A program made the position numbers and the translations under genes. The notes below the pieces were generated by a model that did no database searches, had not been told where the DNA came from, and saw only the letters and a program-made list of their open reading frames with translations. A stretch of DNA of 64,000 bases, from contig NC_092672.1 of NCBI RefSeq assembly GCF_964355755.1, positions 25,426,437 to 25,490,436 of the forward strand, given 5' to 3'. Numbering within the stretch: position 1 is the stretch's first letter; each line of letters starts with the position of its first letter. This DNA is from Antedon mediterranea. Its lineage: Eukaryota > Animalia > Echinodermata. This document shows, one piece after another, positions 1 to 12,133 of the stretch.

Positions 1-1010
1 GTATTAGTTTAATATTACTATTAATTTATATTATACAGTACTAGGCCCCTAGGCCTAGCCTAGTTTGTACATGTTTTTACCCCAAAAAATGAATAAATAA
101 TTTGTTATTCAATCTAATTGCTTGTTTGTTCATCAATAACAAAACAATTGTAAGCAAGTATATAACAGTTCTTGTTAGCCGCTTATTTCAGGTCATATTA
201 TTAATATTAGCTAGGCCCGACGCGCCCGATCACAACGTCACTAAGTGACTTTCCGCCCCTGGAACAATCGCTCGCTAATAGGGCTAGGCCTCGGACTCGT
301 ATAAAAGCTATTATAATAGTTATGATAAATATTCCTCAACTAAAATGTTTACTGTGATAAATAAACAAGTAATAATATACGTTGTATTGGAATGTATTTA
401 TTTATATGAATTCTTATACGCGGACAATTATAAACATCGCGTATATCGTTCGCTATAAATAAATTCATAAACACGATGACGATGTGTTTACAAAATGGCG
501 GTTTCGCTAGTTTTCGATGGAACAAATAGTGGTACCTTTAGTTTGAATAGTCGGAGCTGCATCCCAACCACCGAATTTTGTATCTTAATATCGTATTCTG
601 TAGATTATTAATTTTTCTAACAGGGATTTTAAATTCAGGACTGTTCAATTTTTCTAAATATTTTATTTTAATGATTTTCTAGGGTACAATTTCGGAAAAA
701 AGACATTGGTTGATTTTGCCGTTAAATTACAGATTATCGTTTTGTTCAAATACATTTAATTTTACATGACAATATATTAAAACCATTTATGAATTTATTT
801 CACTAACAACATTTTTCCGATAATCAACTAAATTTACAAATATTGTGTTTTTCCAACACCCTAAAATTTAGCCATTTTGAACTAAATTAGAAAAGTAGGG
901 CGCCCTCTCCGAGTCGAAATTTGACACGATTTGTCGACTGGCTGTCCCACTGCCACAGCATTGTCATTTTTTCAGTAATTTTCCTTTGGATTTATATATA
1001 TATATATATA

Positions 1011-1125
1011 CAAAAATAAAAAGCGAAATGCTAAATCAAAACGATAAAGTAAACAGCCAGAAAAGTTAGCAGAGCTTTCGGGCAACACTAGCCCTTCATC
1101 AGTGCAAATGTAAAATTCTCCTACA
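1011..1125 (-). mobile_element. Short Penelope-like element 3' remnant (pseudo-LTR with hammerhead motif) between two (TA)n tracts
   Basis: Contains a canonical minimal hammerhead (1066-1107) and is flanked by (TA)n at ~991-1010 and ~1125-1140. Downstream motif AGCATTTCGCTTT resembles AGCACTTTCGCTTT at the end of the neighbouring PLE (~2717). Confidence 0.6.
1066..1107 (-). ncRNA. Minimal type I hammerhead ribozyme (PLE-type)
   Basis: Reverse complement reads TTGCA CTGATGA A GGGC TAGTGTT GCCC GAAA GCT C TGCTAA: stem I GCA/TGC, intact CUGAUGA and GAAA boxes, stem II GGGC/GCCC, palindromic AGCT in place of stem III, UC cleavage site. Confidence 0.85.
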
Positions 1126-1153
1126 TATATATATATATATTTTCTCATGAATT

Positions 1154-1258
<105 letters not shown>

Positions 1259-1295
1259 GAAAGACGCTAGTAAATTACCAACTGAACATTTTATT

Positions 1296-1339
1296 GCACT
1301 ACAGGCTGTTTCATGAGTATGAACTCAATCTACAGGTGC
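1296..1339 (-). ncRNA. Type I hammerhead-like motif in PLE pseudo-LTR (variant core CUGUAGA)
   Basis: Reverse complement: GCAC CTGTAGA T TGAGT TCAT ACTCA T GAA ACAG C CTGT A GTGC, followed by AATAAA. Stems I, II and III all pair; the core has U where CUGANGA has A6. Confidence 0.7.
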
Positions 1340-1492
1340 TTGGCTCTGAATGATAGTCACAAGTGAATACAAAAAGCTATAATGAAGTCTTAAGGCAAAC
1401 TGTTTATGTGAACAATAGTATGCTAATTAGCAAGTACAACACATCTCTATTTCCTGGACAGTCTATTGTTAACCAAATTCTTATTATCTAAA

Positions 1493-2169
1493 TTACTGAT
1501 ACTTTAGTAGAAACTTTCTCCTATGTCTACATGCACTGACTAATTCGTTCCTATGGTTAAGTGAGCTGGTTTCAGGCTTGCATATAATATAATACTTCTC
1601 TTGCAAGCATAGATTACACCGTTTGTTAACATTGGGATATGGTTTACACTTCTTTATTATTCGCCATTTAATGTTATACTTTATGTTATCATCTTTTAGC
1701 TTCCAGATGTACTGGCTAAGCGTTGTGCTGTTTTTGTATTTAACATTACGGAATGAACTATTGTGTGCGTTATATCTGCATTTAAATGTGTTTTCGGTTA
1801 GTCCGACATATGTTTCAACTTTATCATCATCATTTGTTGTTACTGTAGCCTGATAAACAACACCACTGGTTAGGCATTTCCCATCTAATGGGCATTCATT
1901 TCGACAGTTGCATTGCTTGATGTTATCACAGGGCATATCATTACGTAATACATTTTTGTTGTGGGCCGATATTACAGACCCTATATTAGGCATACAACTA
2001 TAGCTGATTTTAATGGTGTTTCTATTAAATATTTTTCTTAGCTCATGGTTATGTGGAAAACATTCATCTACAGTCTTTAAGAACTCGTGCCCTATTTTGG
2101 TTTTCACGTTGGCACTGTAAGGCGGGTTGAACCAGATGATATTTCTTTTCCTTGTCTTCTTCACATTAT
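1493..2169 (-). pseudogene. PLE ORF C-terminus: linker + GIY-YIG endonuclease (RT portion missing)
   Basis: Motifs [31 protein letters not shown]...[40 protein letters not shown]. The first residues of the computed ORF come from the inverted arm, so there is no real start codon. Confidence 0.88.
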
Positions 2170-2451
2170 TATAACGCACACAATAGTTCATTCCGTAATG
2201 TTAAATACAAAAACAGCACAACGCTTAGCCAGTACATCTGGAAGCTAAAAGATGATAACATAAAGTATAACATTAAATGGCGAATAATAAAGAAGTGTAA
2301 ACCATATTCCAATGTTAACAAACGGTGTAATCTATGCTTGCAAGAGAAGTATTATATTATATGCAAGCCTGAAACCAGCTCACTTAACCATAGGAACGAA
2401 TTAGTCAGTGCATGTAGACATAGGAGAAAGTTTCTACTAAAGTATCAGTAA
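2170..2451 (+). pseudogene. Inverted duplicate of the PLE GIY-YIG C-terminus
   Basis: Same peptide as the end of the minus-strand ORF apart from KPYS vs KPYP. Confidence 0.88.
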
Positions 2452-2604
2452 TTTAGATAATAAGAATTTGGTTAACAATAGACTGTCCAGGAAATAGAGA
2501 TGTGTTGTACTTGCTAATTAGCATACTATTGTTCACATAAACAGTTTGCCTTAAGACTTCATTATAGCTTTTTGTATTCACTTGTGACTATCATTCAGAG
2601 CCAA

Positions 2605-2648
2605 GCACCTGTAGATTGAGTTCATACTCATGTAACAGCCTGTAGTGC
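2605..2648 (+). ncRNA. Second copy of PLE hammerhead-like motif, GAAA mutated to GTAA (probably inactive)
   Basis: GCAC CTGTAGA TTGAGTTCATACTCAT GTAA CAGCCTGTA GTGC AATAAA. Confidence 0.6.
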
Positions 2649-2757
2649 AATAAAATGTTCAGTTGGTAATTTACTAGCGTCTTTCATTTATTTATATTTG
2701 GCTCTACATTTTGTATCGAGCACTTTCGCTTTCATGGTCTGCGTTAAATTCACCACG

Positions 2758-2759
<2 letters not shown>

Positions 2760-2792
<33 letters not shown>
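2760..2792. repeat. (TA)n microsatellite
   Basis: TA run at the right end of the PLE. Confidence 0.95.
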
Positions 2793-2796
<4 letters not shown>

Positions 2797-3047
2797 CTCA
2801 TGAATTCTTATGTAGGAGAATTTAACAGTAGGCGGAGGTATGCTCTAGGAGTGGCTTTCTAGTTTTGATATTAAATTTGATATGTAAAGCCTTGTGAACG
2901 GTATACATTTTTTTTTATAACAAATGATTCAGCAGCAGCAGTAGTACTGTAGTAGCATAATAATTTAATAATAAAACAGTGTGTTTCTCTTTGTTATTAT
3001 TTCGCTCGTGTGGATATTCCTTTCACGTTAACTATTATTCAAAATAG

Positions 3048-3289
3048 GTAAATCCTGTATTCGATCTACAATTTTCGAGAAACATTATGATCTGCTGAAA
3101 TCAGAAGGAACTGACTTGGTGTTTTCTACTAGAACAAGAAGTGCAACTCGATGTTCTGTGTTGTGTCTGAGTCTTGCTCCTGACTGTCAATCATTTCACT
3201 ATGACGTCACATCAAAATCATGTGAATTATCTGGCAGTTTGAGATTCGGAAACACTGGAGATAAGGGTGTATACTCACTTCGAACAAAT
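3048..3289 (+). CDS. FReD gene exon: PAN/apple-like domain
   Basis: TRSATRCSVLCLSLAPDCQSFHYDVTSKSCEL matches the PAN pattern C-x3-C...C-x-SF-x-Y-x6-C-x-L. Acceptor AG at 3046-47; donor position uncertain. Confidence 0.65.
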
Positions 3290-6091
3290 GTACGTATTTT
3301 CTCGAAGGGAGTAGTGAATAAAAAAGCTTTGATAATTCGTATGTTATTCGGTCGTCCCTATCACTCCTTAAGTCAATGTTTTTTGTACACTTTGATCTGA
3401 ATATATCATTAAAAGAAAAAAACTTCAATTTAACATAGTCATGACGGGAACTCATGTACACATCGGTTTGCACAAAAGTAGTGGGGGTTGTAGGAAAATT
3501 CTCCCACATAATTACTATTTCAGATATTGACATTGTCAACAAATTGTGTATTGTGGATTTAAGCCATGGAGCAATAATTAAATACATATTTTCCATTTTG
3601 AAACAAATTTTTAAATCAAAATAAAAACAAAAATAAAAATGTTTTATTATCGTAGGCATACGATTAAGAGTTTATTTACGTGTCTTATCAACAGGCTTTT
3701 ATTGCCGTATTTTTCATTAAATTTATGTGAAAGATTGCCAGGATATTTTGAAAACGTCAAGAAAAAGTGGATTATACCCAATTGCCAAAAGTGGTAGAAA
3801 CGGATTGCTTGTATACTGTGATATGGACACTGATGGAGGAGGATGGACGGTAAAGTATATCAACATGTTTATAAATTGTATATAGTCAATTGGATTTAAC
3901 CATTATTTTATTCATTCAAGTGAAATTCGTCTATTAATTTCAAACCTGAAAATGCAATATTCACAGGTATAATAGTTTTAAAGTTCAAATGGGCTTCGTC
4001 AGATTTAGGACAAACATTATATTGAATAATTAAGTTAATAGTTGCTAGTAGCAACTCGTATATTTGAAGAGACGGTGACTCAACACGATCCGCAATTGAT
4101 ACCAAGTGTAACCTCTTTCAATTATGCAGTAATCCAAATTCTTTTAAACAGAGATAAAAGTGCTAAATGTATATTTTAGGTTTTCCAACGACGTGAAGAT
4201 AATTCAGTAGATTTTTATCGGTATTGGGAGGAGTATAAACATGGTTTTGGAAATATTTGCGGTGAGTTCTGGTTGGGGAATGACAATATACATGAGATGA
4301 CGTCATCGGGAAAGTACAACCTTCGAATTGATATGAAAAAGGATTCTGGTGAAGCATACTATACAGTATACGAATCCTTCAGAATCATGAATGAAAGTGA
4401 ATGCTACACTTTGGAACTTGGAAATCTAATAAACGGCAACACTGGTAAATGCAGAGATTGTAATTATTAATAAGCTTACACTATTAACTAACTTTCAATA
4501 AAAAACCATCTTATTATTATTATTGCTGTGTTGTTATGTAATAAAGACAAGAGCAATTTTTAATGTTTAGGTTCTGTATGGCGATTTTCCAATTTGTAAG
4601 TTTGCGCGTGAGATGACGTGGGCCTAATAGTGTGTTTAACTTAGTTTCTTTTTTTGCTATCTGTTTTTATTTGTTTCATCCCATGAAAGTGGCTGGACGT
4701 TAGGTTTATACCCGTACTGCATTTTAATGTAATCTATAATGTATTGAATAATCCTGCTGACAGTATAGGATTAGAATATATCAGAATTATGCCTATACAC
4801 CTTGCATCACGTGCCGTTTGGAATCAGTTCTACCTCTAACTGAAAGTGATATTTATAATAATGGTTCACATTCAGCTTTTGGTTAAACAAAAAGCAAGCT
4901 TGTGTTTTTTTTTTTAGAAATACACTATGTCGTGTCTATATACATCATTTGGGACTTTTAGATTATTTAAGTGAACTTGCACACAACAGTCATGTCAACA
5001 TGGGTCGTAGTCACGTCAACATGGGTTGTAGTCGACTGTTCTCGTCGACAGATTATGATAGAACTTTTAGATTAAGTGACATACGTTGACGTGTCAGTAG
5101 TGAACGTATGACGTAATGACCTTGGGATCTGACTTTGTAATCTATTTAGTAGAGTGCTTACCGTGGTGCTATTCCACCGCACTTAGTCGGTGGAAATACA
5201 CGGGCCTAGGTCTGTCCGAGATCCTTCATTTTCTGAACGAAGCCTTCCGTCCTTAATGATAAGACCCAGGCCATAACCTGTATTATTAAATGTTTTATTT
5301 AAAATAACCAATACAAAACAATAGTTTTGCAGTGTTTTGACGTCATGCGTCCACTGGTACGCACGTCAGCTGAACAAGCGCTCAAATTTGCCAGTCAAAG
5401 TATCAGTCGCCTAGCGCATGCGCATATCATAAAATGACGTAATAGGGTAGCAGTCGACATAGTGGACGTGAAAATCTAAAAGTCCCTATTTTCTCCAAGA
5501 AGTAAAACATACTACAGTGGCCTAGCCTTCTGCACAAAAACAGTTTTAGACTATACTAGGCCCATGCTGTTGAACTAATACACAAGAGTGTTAAAAAAAT
5601 AATTAATTTTGTTTATATACTAAGTATGTTGAATGGACAGAATATTTCATTTGCTGAAAAGTTCAATAGAGTTCAATAGAGAAATCTTTCAACTCATGAA
5701 ATATTTTCACCATCAACTCAAAACATTTATTTTGATACTGTATAAGAAAACACGTTACTTTTGTTTCTAACCAAATTTCGGAAATGTGTTTGTCTTAGAA
5801 ATAATGTATTTAATATTTATTTCATTATAATTATATTCAGATTTATTTATTTACTATTATTTTTTAGTTGATGTATTGGAGCATGGTCCAGGGCAATGCT
5901 TTTCGACACGTGACAAAGATAATGATGACAGGGAAGATGAATGTGCCAAGATATTTAAAGGGGCCTGGTGGTTTCAAAGTTGTTATACATGTTATTTAAA
6001 TGGAGAGTATGGGAATTCATTTAATTGTTTTACTAACACTAGAAATCATCTGGCCCTGAGTTGGGCCGAAATGAAAATGAAGCGTGACTAG
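3048..6091 (+). CDS. PAN/apple + fibrinogen C-terminal domain protein (FReD; ficolin/tenascin/angiopoietin-like family), spliced; first exon not located
   Basis: Exons 3048-~3289, 3734-3849, 4180-4444 and 5868-6091 have AG/GT ends. FBG motifs VYCDMDTDGGGWT-VFQRR, YKHGFG...GEFWLGNDNIH, FSTRDKDND, GAWWFQSC..LNG. Phases agree for the last three exons. Confidence 0.8.
3734..3849 (+). CDS. FReD gene exon: FBG N-terminal part
   Basis: CQDILKTSRKSGLYPIAKSGRNGLLVYCDMDTDGGGWT, AG...GTAAAG. Confidence 0.85.
4180..4444 (+). CDS. FReD gene exon: FBG central part
   Basis: VFQRREDNSVDFYRYWEEYKHGFGNICGEFWLGNDNIHEMTSSGKYNLRIDM...GNT, TTTTAG...GTAAAT. Confidence 0.9.
4951..5486. mobile_element. Non-autonomous TIR element (MITE) in FReD intron
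   Basis: 14-bp perfect TIR GGGACTTTTAGATT (4951) / AATCTAAAAGTCCC (5473-5486); TSD imperfect. Confidence 0.55.
5868..6091 (+). CDS. FReD gene terminal exon
   Basis: DVLEHGPGQCFSTRDKDNDDREDECAKIFKGAWWFQSC...EMKMKRD*; phase-1 acceptor matches the previous exon. Confidence 0.88.
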
Positions 6092-6256
6092 TACTCATAT
6101 CATGTTTAAAGATGTTTTGACTCACAAAAACACAAACAAATTAAGATGATTAAAATCTGGGCCTGAGTTGGGCCGAAATGAAAATGAAGCGTGACTAGTA
6201 CTCATATCATGTTTAAAGATGTTTTGACTCACAAAAACACAAACAAGTTAAGATGA
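6048..6256 (+). repeat. ~107-bp tandem duplication spanning the FReD stop codon
   Basis: TCTGG(C/G)CCTGAGTTGGGCCGAAATG...TTAAGATGA occurs at ~6048 and ~6156. Confidence 0.92.
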
Positions 6257-7528
6257 ATATAATCAGACTTTTAATATGCCTGTTTGCAGTTTTAATGAAG
6301 TTATTCACTTCCATAGAAGAAGGAACGAACAAAATAATGATTTACAAAAAAAGGCTGTACTTTATATATTTCAAGTCTATTCAAATAATTCTACAAAAAG
6401 ACCTTTTGATGGGATTTGAAAGAAAGATCTGCACAAACGCAATGCCCAATATGATTCAAATTTGTTAATTTGTTTATATTATTTCATTTCTAAAAACACA
6501 ACAAGACAAAACAAACAAAAAATGGTTATCAACAAAAATGTGTTAATACTGACAGTCCATGCAATATTTTTCTTCTTCATTATAATATCATCTTAATATA
6601 TAATTTTCTACATATAATTTTCCATATAATATTCCATTATAACATATTTCACACCTGACTCTGCTTCGTGTTAATTAATTTTGTTTACAGTTTATGCAAC
6701 ACTCTAAAGTTGAACACGTCTTTATTTGTTTAGCGTATTGTAAGGATCGACGTGAACCACCAAAAAACTGCAGTTAGGCCAATAAATCGTAATACCGTGT
6801 AATACCGTAGTTCATAATGCTAAGTTGTATTTCCTCATGTATATTTACATACATAATGAATTAATATGAGTTATTAAGGATGTTAATCATACTCCGCTAG
6901 TTAGTTGATAATCTAAATGATTAGTGTAATGTTTGTGGGTAAGGTGAAGAAGATAAAAAACATTTTTCTGTTTATTTGTAGTACTGTATTAAGTTACATT
7001 GTATTAGAATTGAAGAATTGCAAACACTTACGTAATCTTATTGCAATGAATACTTTTGTAGATACTTGGGTTAATTTATTTCTGATGACCTATCTTTTAA
7101 GGTTCAATATGTTCTAGGAAGCACGTTATTTCATAAAAATAATTCTCACGATATTTATGCTGTGTTTGACAGTTAGTGTAAAATGTATACAAGCCGTGCT
7201 TGGAAACTAAGAAATGCAATTGTATTACAATTACTTTTACTGTTTTATTTTAAAAAAGTGTTTCTTTTCCATTGATGTTGCAAAATTAGTAGTTGTATTA
7301 GTGTAGTTTTAGTTTGAAAATAAGTTTTGGAATAGCGTCGATTCAAATTTTATGTCGTTATCTCAAATATGTTTTATTTAGTTTCAGTTTTTATTTTTCA
7401 TTGTTTTTGTATTAAATTTTGTAATTGGTATGGACGCATCATCTACGCATGTGTGCCACTGTTCAAAAAATGTTGTTCCAAATAAATATTATTATTATTA
7501 TTATTAAATATGGTACACACGCGCAGAG

Positions 7529-7568
7529 CTCCTCACCAAAGATCTTATATAAGATCTTTGCTCCTCAC
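7529..7568. mobile_element. 24-bp perfect palindrome insertion with 8-bp TSD
   Basis: CTCCTCAC [CAAAGATCTTATATAAGATCTTTG] CTCCTCAC. Confidence 0.8.
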
Positions 7569-8755
7569 CGATTAAAAAGGGGGGATTTCCCGTTCTCATT
7601 TAGCAAGTCTAAAGAGTCTCCAAAGATATTTTTCTGTAGTTTGTAAATGGACAATGTCCATGTTCTGTCATATGCCCCGGCCTTACGACCTCTCCATGGA
7701 AACTGTTATTTTAATCGAATGTTTCTTTCACCGATGTCTTATATTAGGCATAATCCAGTAAACAAAATGATCAAGGTTATTGCTTAAAATCACGGTTATG
7801 CAAGGCAGTAAGTTCATTCTTGTCTTTTTGAAGGAATCGTGTAGCACTCGAATTGCATCAATTGGTCTATCTGAAAACCATTAAAAGTAGGCGCATAACA
7901 TATACAGTGATTGTATTGAAGATGTGATAGGCTTATCACATGTTTTAAACATAAAACATGAAGAATGAAAAAAAAATGTTCCATCTCTATAAACTTAAGG
8001 ACAAGAAAATAAAATCGTTTGATTTACAACCGATAGTATATTGAAACACACTGTAATGTCCTACCTTGTTTTTCTTTTTCAATTAGTCTATTAAAATTAT
8101 AAGCTATAAAAATGTTACTGTTTTGTTATGACCTTTTATTATCAATGAAAACATAGAAAGGTTTCAATCTATTATAGTTACCATGAAATCATTAAAAGTA
8201 TTAAATATCCAGGCCTAAATCTAACATCGAAATAAACTTGTTGATTTCTTAATTTTGCAATTTTCTTTTATTTCATCAAATCAAAATTTCGTGGGCTATA
8301 TTGAATTTTATAAATATTTCTATTTTGACTTTGCACATTTTATATGTCTGTAAATATATTAATGATAATTTAATTATCATCTTCTATTCATATTAGTCAA
8401 TTTTCATGTTGGTATTTTCAATTTTTAATTTTTTCAATTATATAATGAATACATTTTATGTTATGCTTATTTTATATAGCTTAATATTGTGCAATATTGA
8501 ATTCTATTTTGAGCTTATTAAACTCCACATAAGTTTGGCTCTGATGTGTTTGTTTTTATAAACCGTACAGTAGGTTTCCTGAAAAAACTTTAGAACAAAA
8601 AATTCTACCTTGGTACATGGAACAATACTTTACTTTTAGTGTCTAATCGAGACAAAATAATTATCTAATTTCATTTAAAGGAATGTGAATAATAAAAATG
8701 TGTTTTATAACTAGAATTAAAATATTTCTTAAACTGTTACTCTAATATTTTATAG

Positions 8756-8991
8756 AAGGCCTAGGCCTATGCGATCTATAATTTGTGAGTTAAATCGGAA
8801 TTTGCTAAATAGAAATCAAAAGAAACTGACTTGGTGCTTTCTTCTAAAACAAGAAGTGTAACTCGGTGTTCTGTGATGTATTTGAGACTTACCCCTGACT
8901 GTCAATCATTTTTCTATTACATCACATCAAACTCATGTGAATTATATCTGTGAGATTGGATTGGATGAAAATGCTAATAATACCAGTAGAT
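8756..8991 (+). pseudogene. Decayed paralog of the PAN exon
   Basis: Aligns to 3048-3289 (ACTGACTTGGTG...AACAAGAAGTG...CCTGACTGTCAATCATT...TCATGTGAATTAT) with substitutions and a TGA after the last Cys. Confidence 0.8.
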
Positions 8992-9854
8992 GTATGCGTA
9001 GTGTACAACAAATATATATATATATATTATACATAATATTCCTTAATTGCAAGACGTTGTTGTAAGCAAACAATCCATGTTTGATACGAATTTTATAATA
9101 TGAAGATACAACTCCATCATAAAATAATGAGACAGGAATGTGGCAGGCCGATACCATGCGATACAGACAATTCAAGTCTACAGTTTATTTTTCATTTTAC
9201 AATTCTTGTGATGATGGCTACAGATTACATCGTGTTTGACTGTATTCATTCGCTCTGTGTTCATTTTTACAATTTCCAGTTGTAACGCCAAAGTTCCTGT
9301 ATTCGAGAGCCATCTGGGCAATTTCAAGAGCGTATGTATACATTTACGTAAGGACATAGGCCCGGACATAGGTTTTTATAGGACGTATTTAGAGTTTTAT
9401 TTGTATTCGTATTAAGGACGTTTCAGTAAATCGCGCGTAACCCTTTTTTCTCAATGCTTTAGAAAGTGAGTTCATACTTTCCGTAATAAATTGCAACAGC
9501 AATTGAAAACTATTAGGCCTACAAATTAAGTTGAGTTAGATAATTATTCATTTATGATTAAAGTGAATAGATGTGCTTTATATGTAATTGTGCTTCGATG
9601 GTTCAAATACATACGTTATATTTACACATCGTTTGTTTTCTTCTTCCGACTGTGTAGATAATAAAGAACAACATACAATTGACAGGATACGATACATTCA
9701 TAGTTAATAATAAAGACAACAATTGAAAAGTAAATTACGGCTATACACATGACATGCTGCTCGTTTGTTGGTCTGTGGATGAGAGAGAGAGAAACATCTT
9801 TTGTTCCTACATAGTCTTAATGGAGATAAAAGAGCTAATGTATAATTATTTTAG

Positions 9855-10127
9855 GTTTTTCAACGGCGTGTGGGGACAATTCAATAGATTATTTTTATCG
9901 GTATTGGAAGGAGTATAAACATGGATTTGGAAATATTTGCGGTGAGTTCTGGTTGGGGAATGACAATATACATGAGATGACGTCATCGGGAAAGTACAAC
10001 CTTCGAATTGATATGAAAAAGGATTCTGGTGAAGCATACTATTCAGTATACGAATCCTTCAGAATCAGGAATGAAAAAAGTGATGACTACACTTTGGAAC
10101 TTGGAAATCTAATAAACGGCAACACTG
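9855..10127 (+). pseudogene. Paralog of the FBG central exon with 5' indels
   Basis: Nearly identical to 4180-4444 in the middle, but small insertions near the 5' end (GGGGACAATTCAATAGATTATTTTT) disrupt the frame. Confidence 0.85.
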
Positions 10128-11864
10128 GTATAATAATGCAGAGATTGTTATTAATGTTAAACCTGCATTATTAACTAATTTTTATACAAACCAAAATCAG
10201 ACCAAATTTGTTGAAGATAAAAGCCATTTTCAAATTGTATGTTTTAATTTTATTCCAATATTTAAACTCGCGCGGGAAATGCTGTGGGCATAAAGTTATT
10301 TAATTTTGGGTTTTCCACTTCTTGGTTTCATGACAGTGCCTGGGCGTTATACTAGTTCACATCTGTACCGACCGTCATGACTAGAATTCTAGTGATAATA
10401 TTTATAAACTGAATTTAGCTTGCGCGGCTATTACAGTAAATAAATAAGAGGCTTATATAAGATATACTATTTAGTAAAATATCACTGGTTAAAAATCTAA
10501 AGAAGCTTTGTTCCACAGGACGTGTTTCATATGGACAGTTTGAAATAAAGTTGAATTGAATTGTAATGCAGCACGTGGTGACCAATCACAGGCAATATTA
10601 AGATCTGTCTATCAAACTGGTTGTCAGAGTTTGATAGTGTAGAGATTTATTTGAATTATTGCTTGTGTTTTAAACAAACTTGTCGCATTTTGTAATAACC
10701 TGTCGTGTATTATAACAAAAACTTGTAACAATTAAGCTGTGGTATTTTGTAATAAATAATAATTTAATTTTTTTAATCCAATCAAATATGATAAATAAAA
10801 TAAGAACAATGATTTGTTTTATCGTCACATTATAATTTCTCTTACTAATCATAACGTCATTTTATTGTACTTATATGCAAATATTATTTCCATCAAAAGC
10901 AATAACTATAATGGTATGGTAATGGTATATGGTATAATGAATATAGGATGAGACTGTTTCGATTTTGTTTGTTTTATGCTGTGAGAAATGCATTATTTAT
11001 TTAGTTATCGTCGATCGCTATCGCTATAGTATAAATGGGCCATAAGTTAGTTCTGATGATTCAACAATCAGATCTGTAAACTTTGGTATTCTGCAGTTTC
11101 TTGTATCCTAAAAATACTGTATAACCTTTCTCCCTCGATATAATCAGCTGCAGGTATACATTTGTCATTATTTATTTTACATAATGTTGGAATCAATTCT
11201 GTTATCAAATTGCAATGACACTAGGATTAGTCAGTTTAATCGTGTTTATTTTTTAAATTTTGTATGATTGTAAGCATTATTCTGCTTAACTTTTCGTATC
11301 ATTATAAAAGATTCAATATTGTTTTTTCTCCTTATGGGCTATACGATTGAAGTTATTTTCAACATTCAATGTATTTAAATGAATAACTCGATGGATAAAA
11401 TTGATAAATTGATAACAATAAGAGCACTAGCATTCATCAGATAGTTGTTAAGAATTGCTTTATTTATCAAACCAGTTATTTCTATCTTATGAATGAACTT
11501 CGTTATCTCAGATATAAACACATACTTTATTTTGAAAACTGGCATAAGTTACACTTTCAAAGAGCACGTTTGATAAATACAATAAAATCAGCACAACATC
11601 CTTCTTTTTTAAAGTTTAGGAAAACATACTCGCTGTATTGATTGAAACTCCCGCAATTTATGGACATGGTAGATAGTGTGATTTCTGTTATTATTAGATA
11701 TTGTACGCAATCTAATCATAACACATCAGTAAAACGAACAAGTAATTAGTAACAATGCGCGTATTGATTGATAGATATAATTTTTTTTTACTAGCAAATT
11801 CAATTAATTTTTAAAAAGCCGTTATTCTTATTATCAATATGACGCGTACGCATTTTTAAAACCT

Positions 11865-12133
11865 TATTTTATTAAAATAGAAACTACGAACGAATATTAT
11901 ATATTTGCCGATGGTAAATATTATGTATTAAGAATTATATGCTTTGCAGTAGGGTTGATGATGGGGTAATAAAAAAGTGCAAGGCAATGGTGCAAGTCAA
12001 AGATTTATACGAGGCATCGTTTTTAAAACAATATTTTATTAAAAATAGAAACTACGTACGAATATTATATATTTGCCGATGATAAATATTATGTATTAAG
12101 AACATACGCTTTGCAGTAGGGTTGATGATGGGT
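11865..12133 (+). repeat. ~170-bp-period direct duplication
   Basis: TTTTATTAAAA(A)TAGAAACTACG...GCTTTGCAGTAGGGTTGATGATGGG at ~11865 and ~12034. Confidence 0.85.

Noticed and set aside
1-960. Possible right end of a DNA transposon (GC-richer end near 890-960)
   Set aside because: The partner terminus would lie outside the window, so no TIR or TSD can be verified.
3207-3659. 150-aa minus-strand ORF
   Set aside because: Antisense to the PAN exon and intron, low-complexity AT-rich composition, no motif.
5610-5745. Small imperfect palindrome (GTTGAATGG...AGTTCAATAGA...CCATCAAC) with a relative at ~54020-54150
   Set aside because: Probably an old non-autonomous element, but too degraded to define ends or family.
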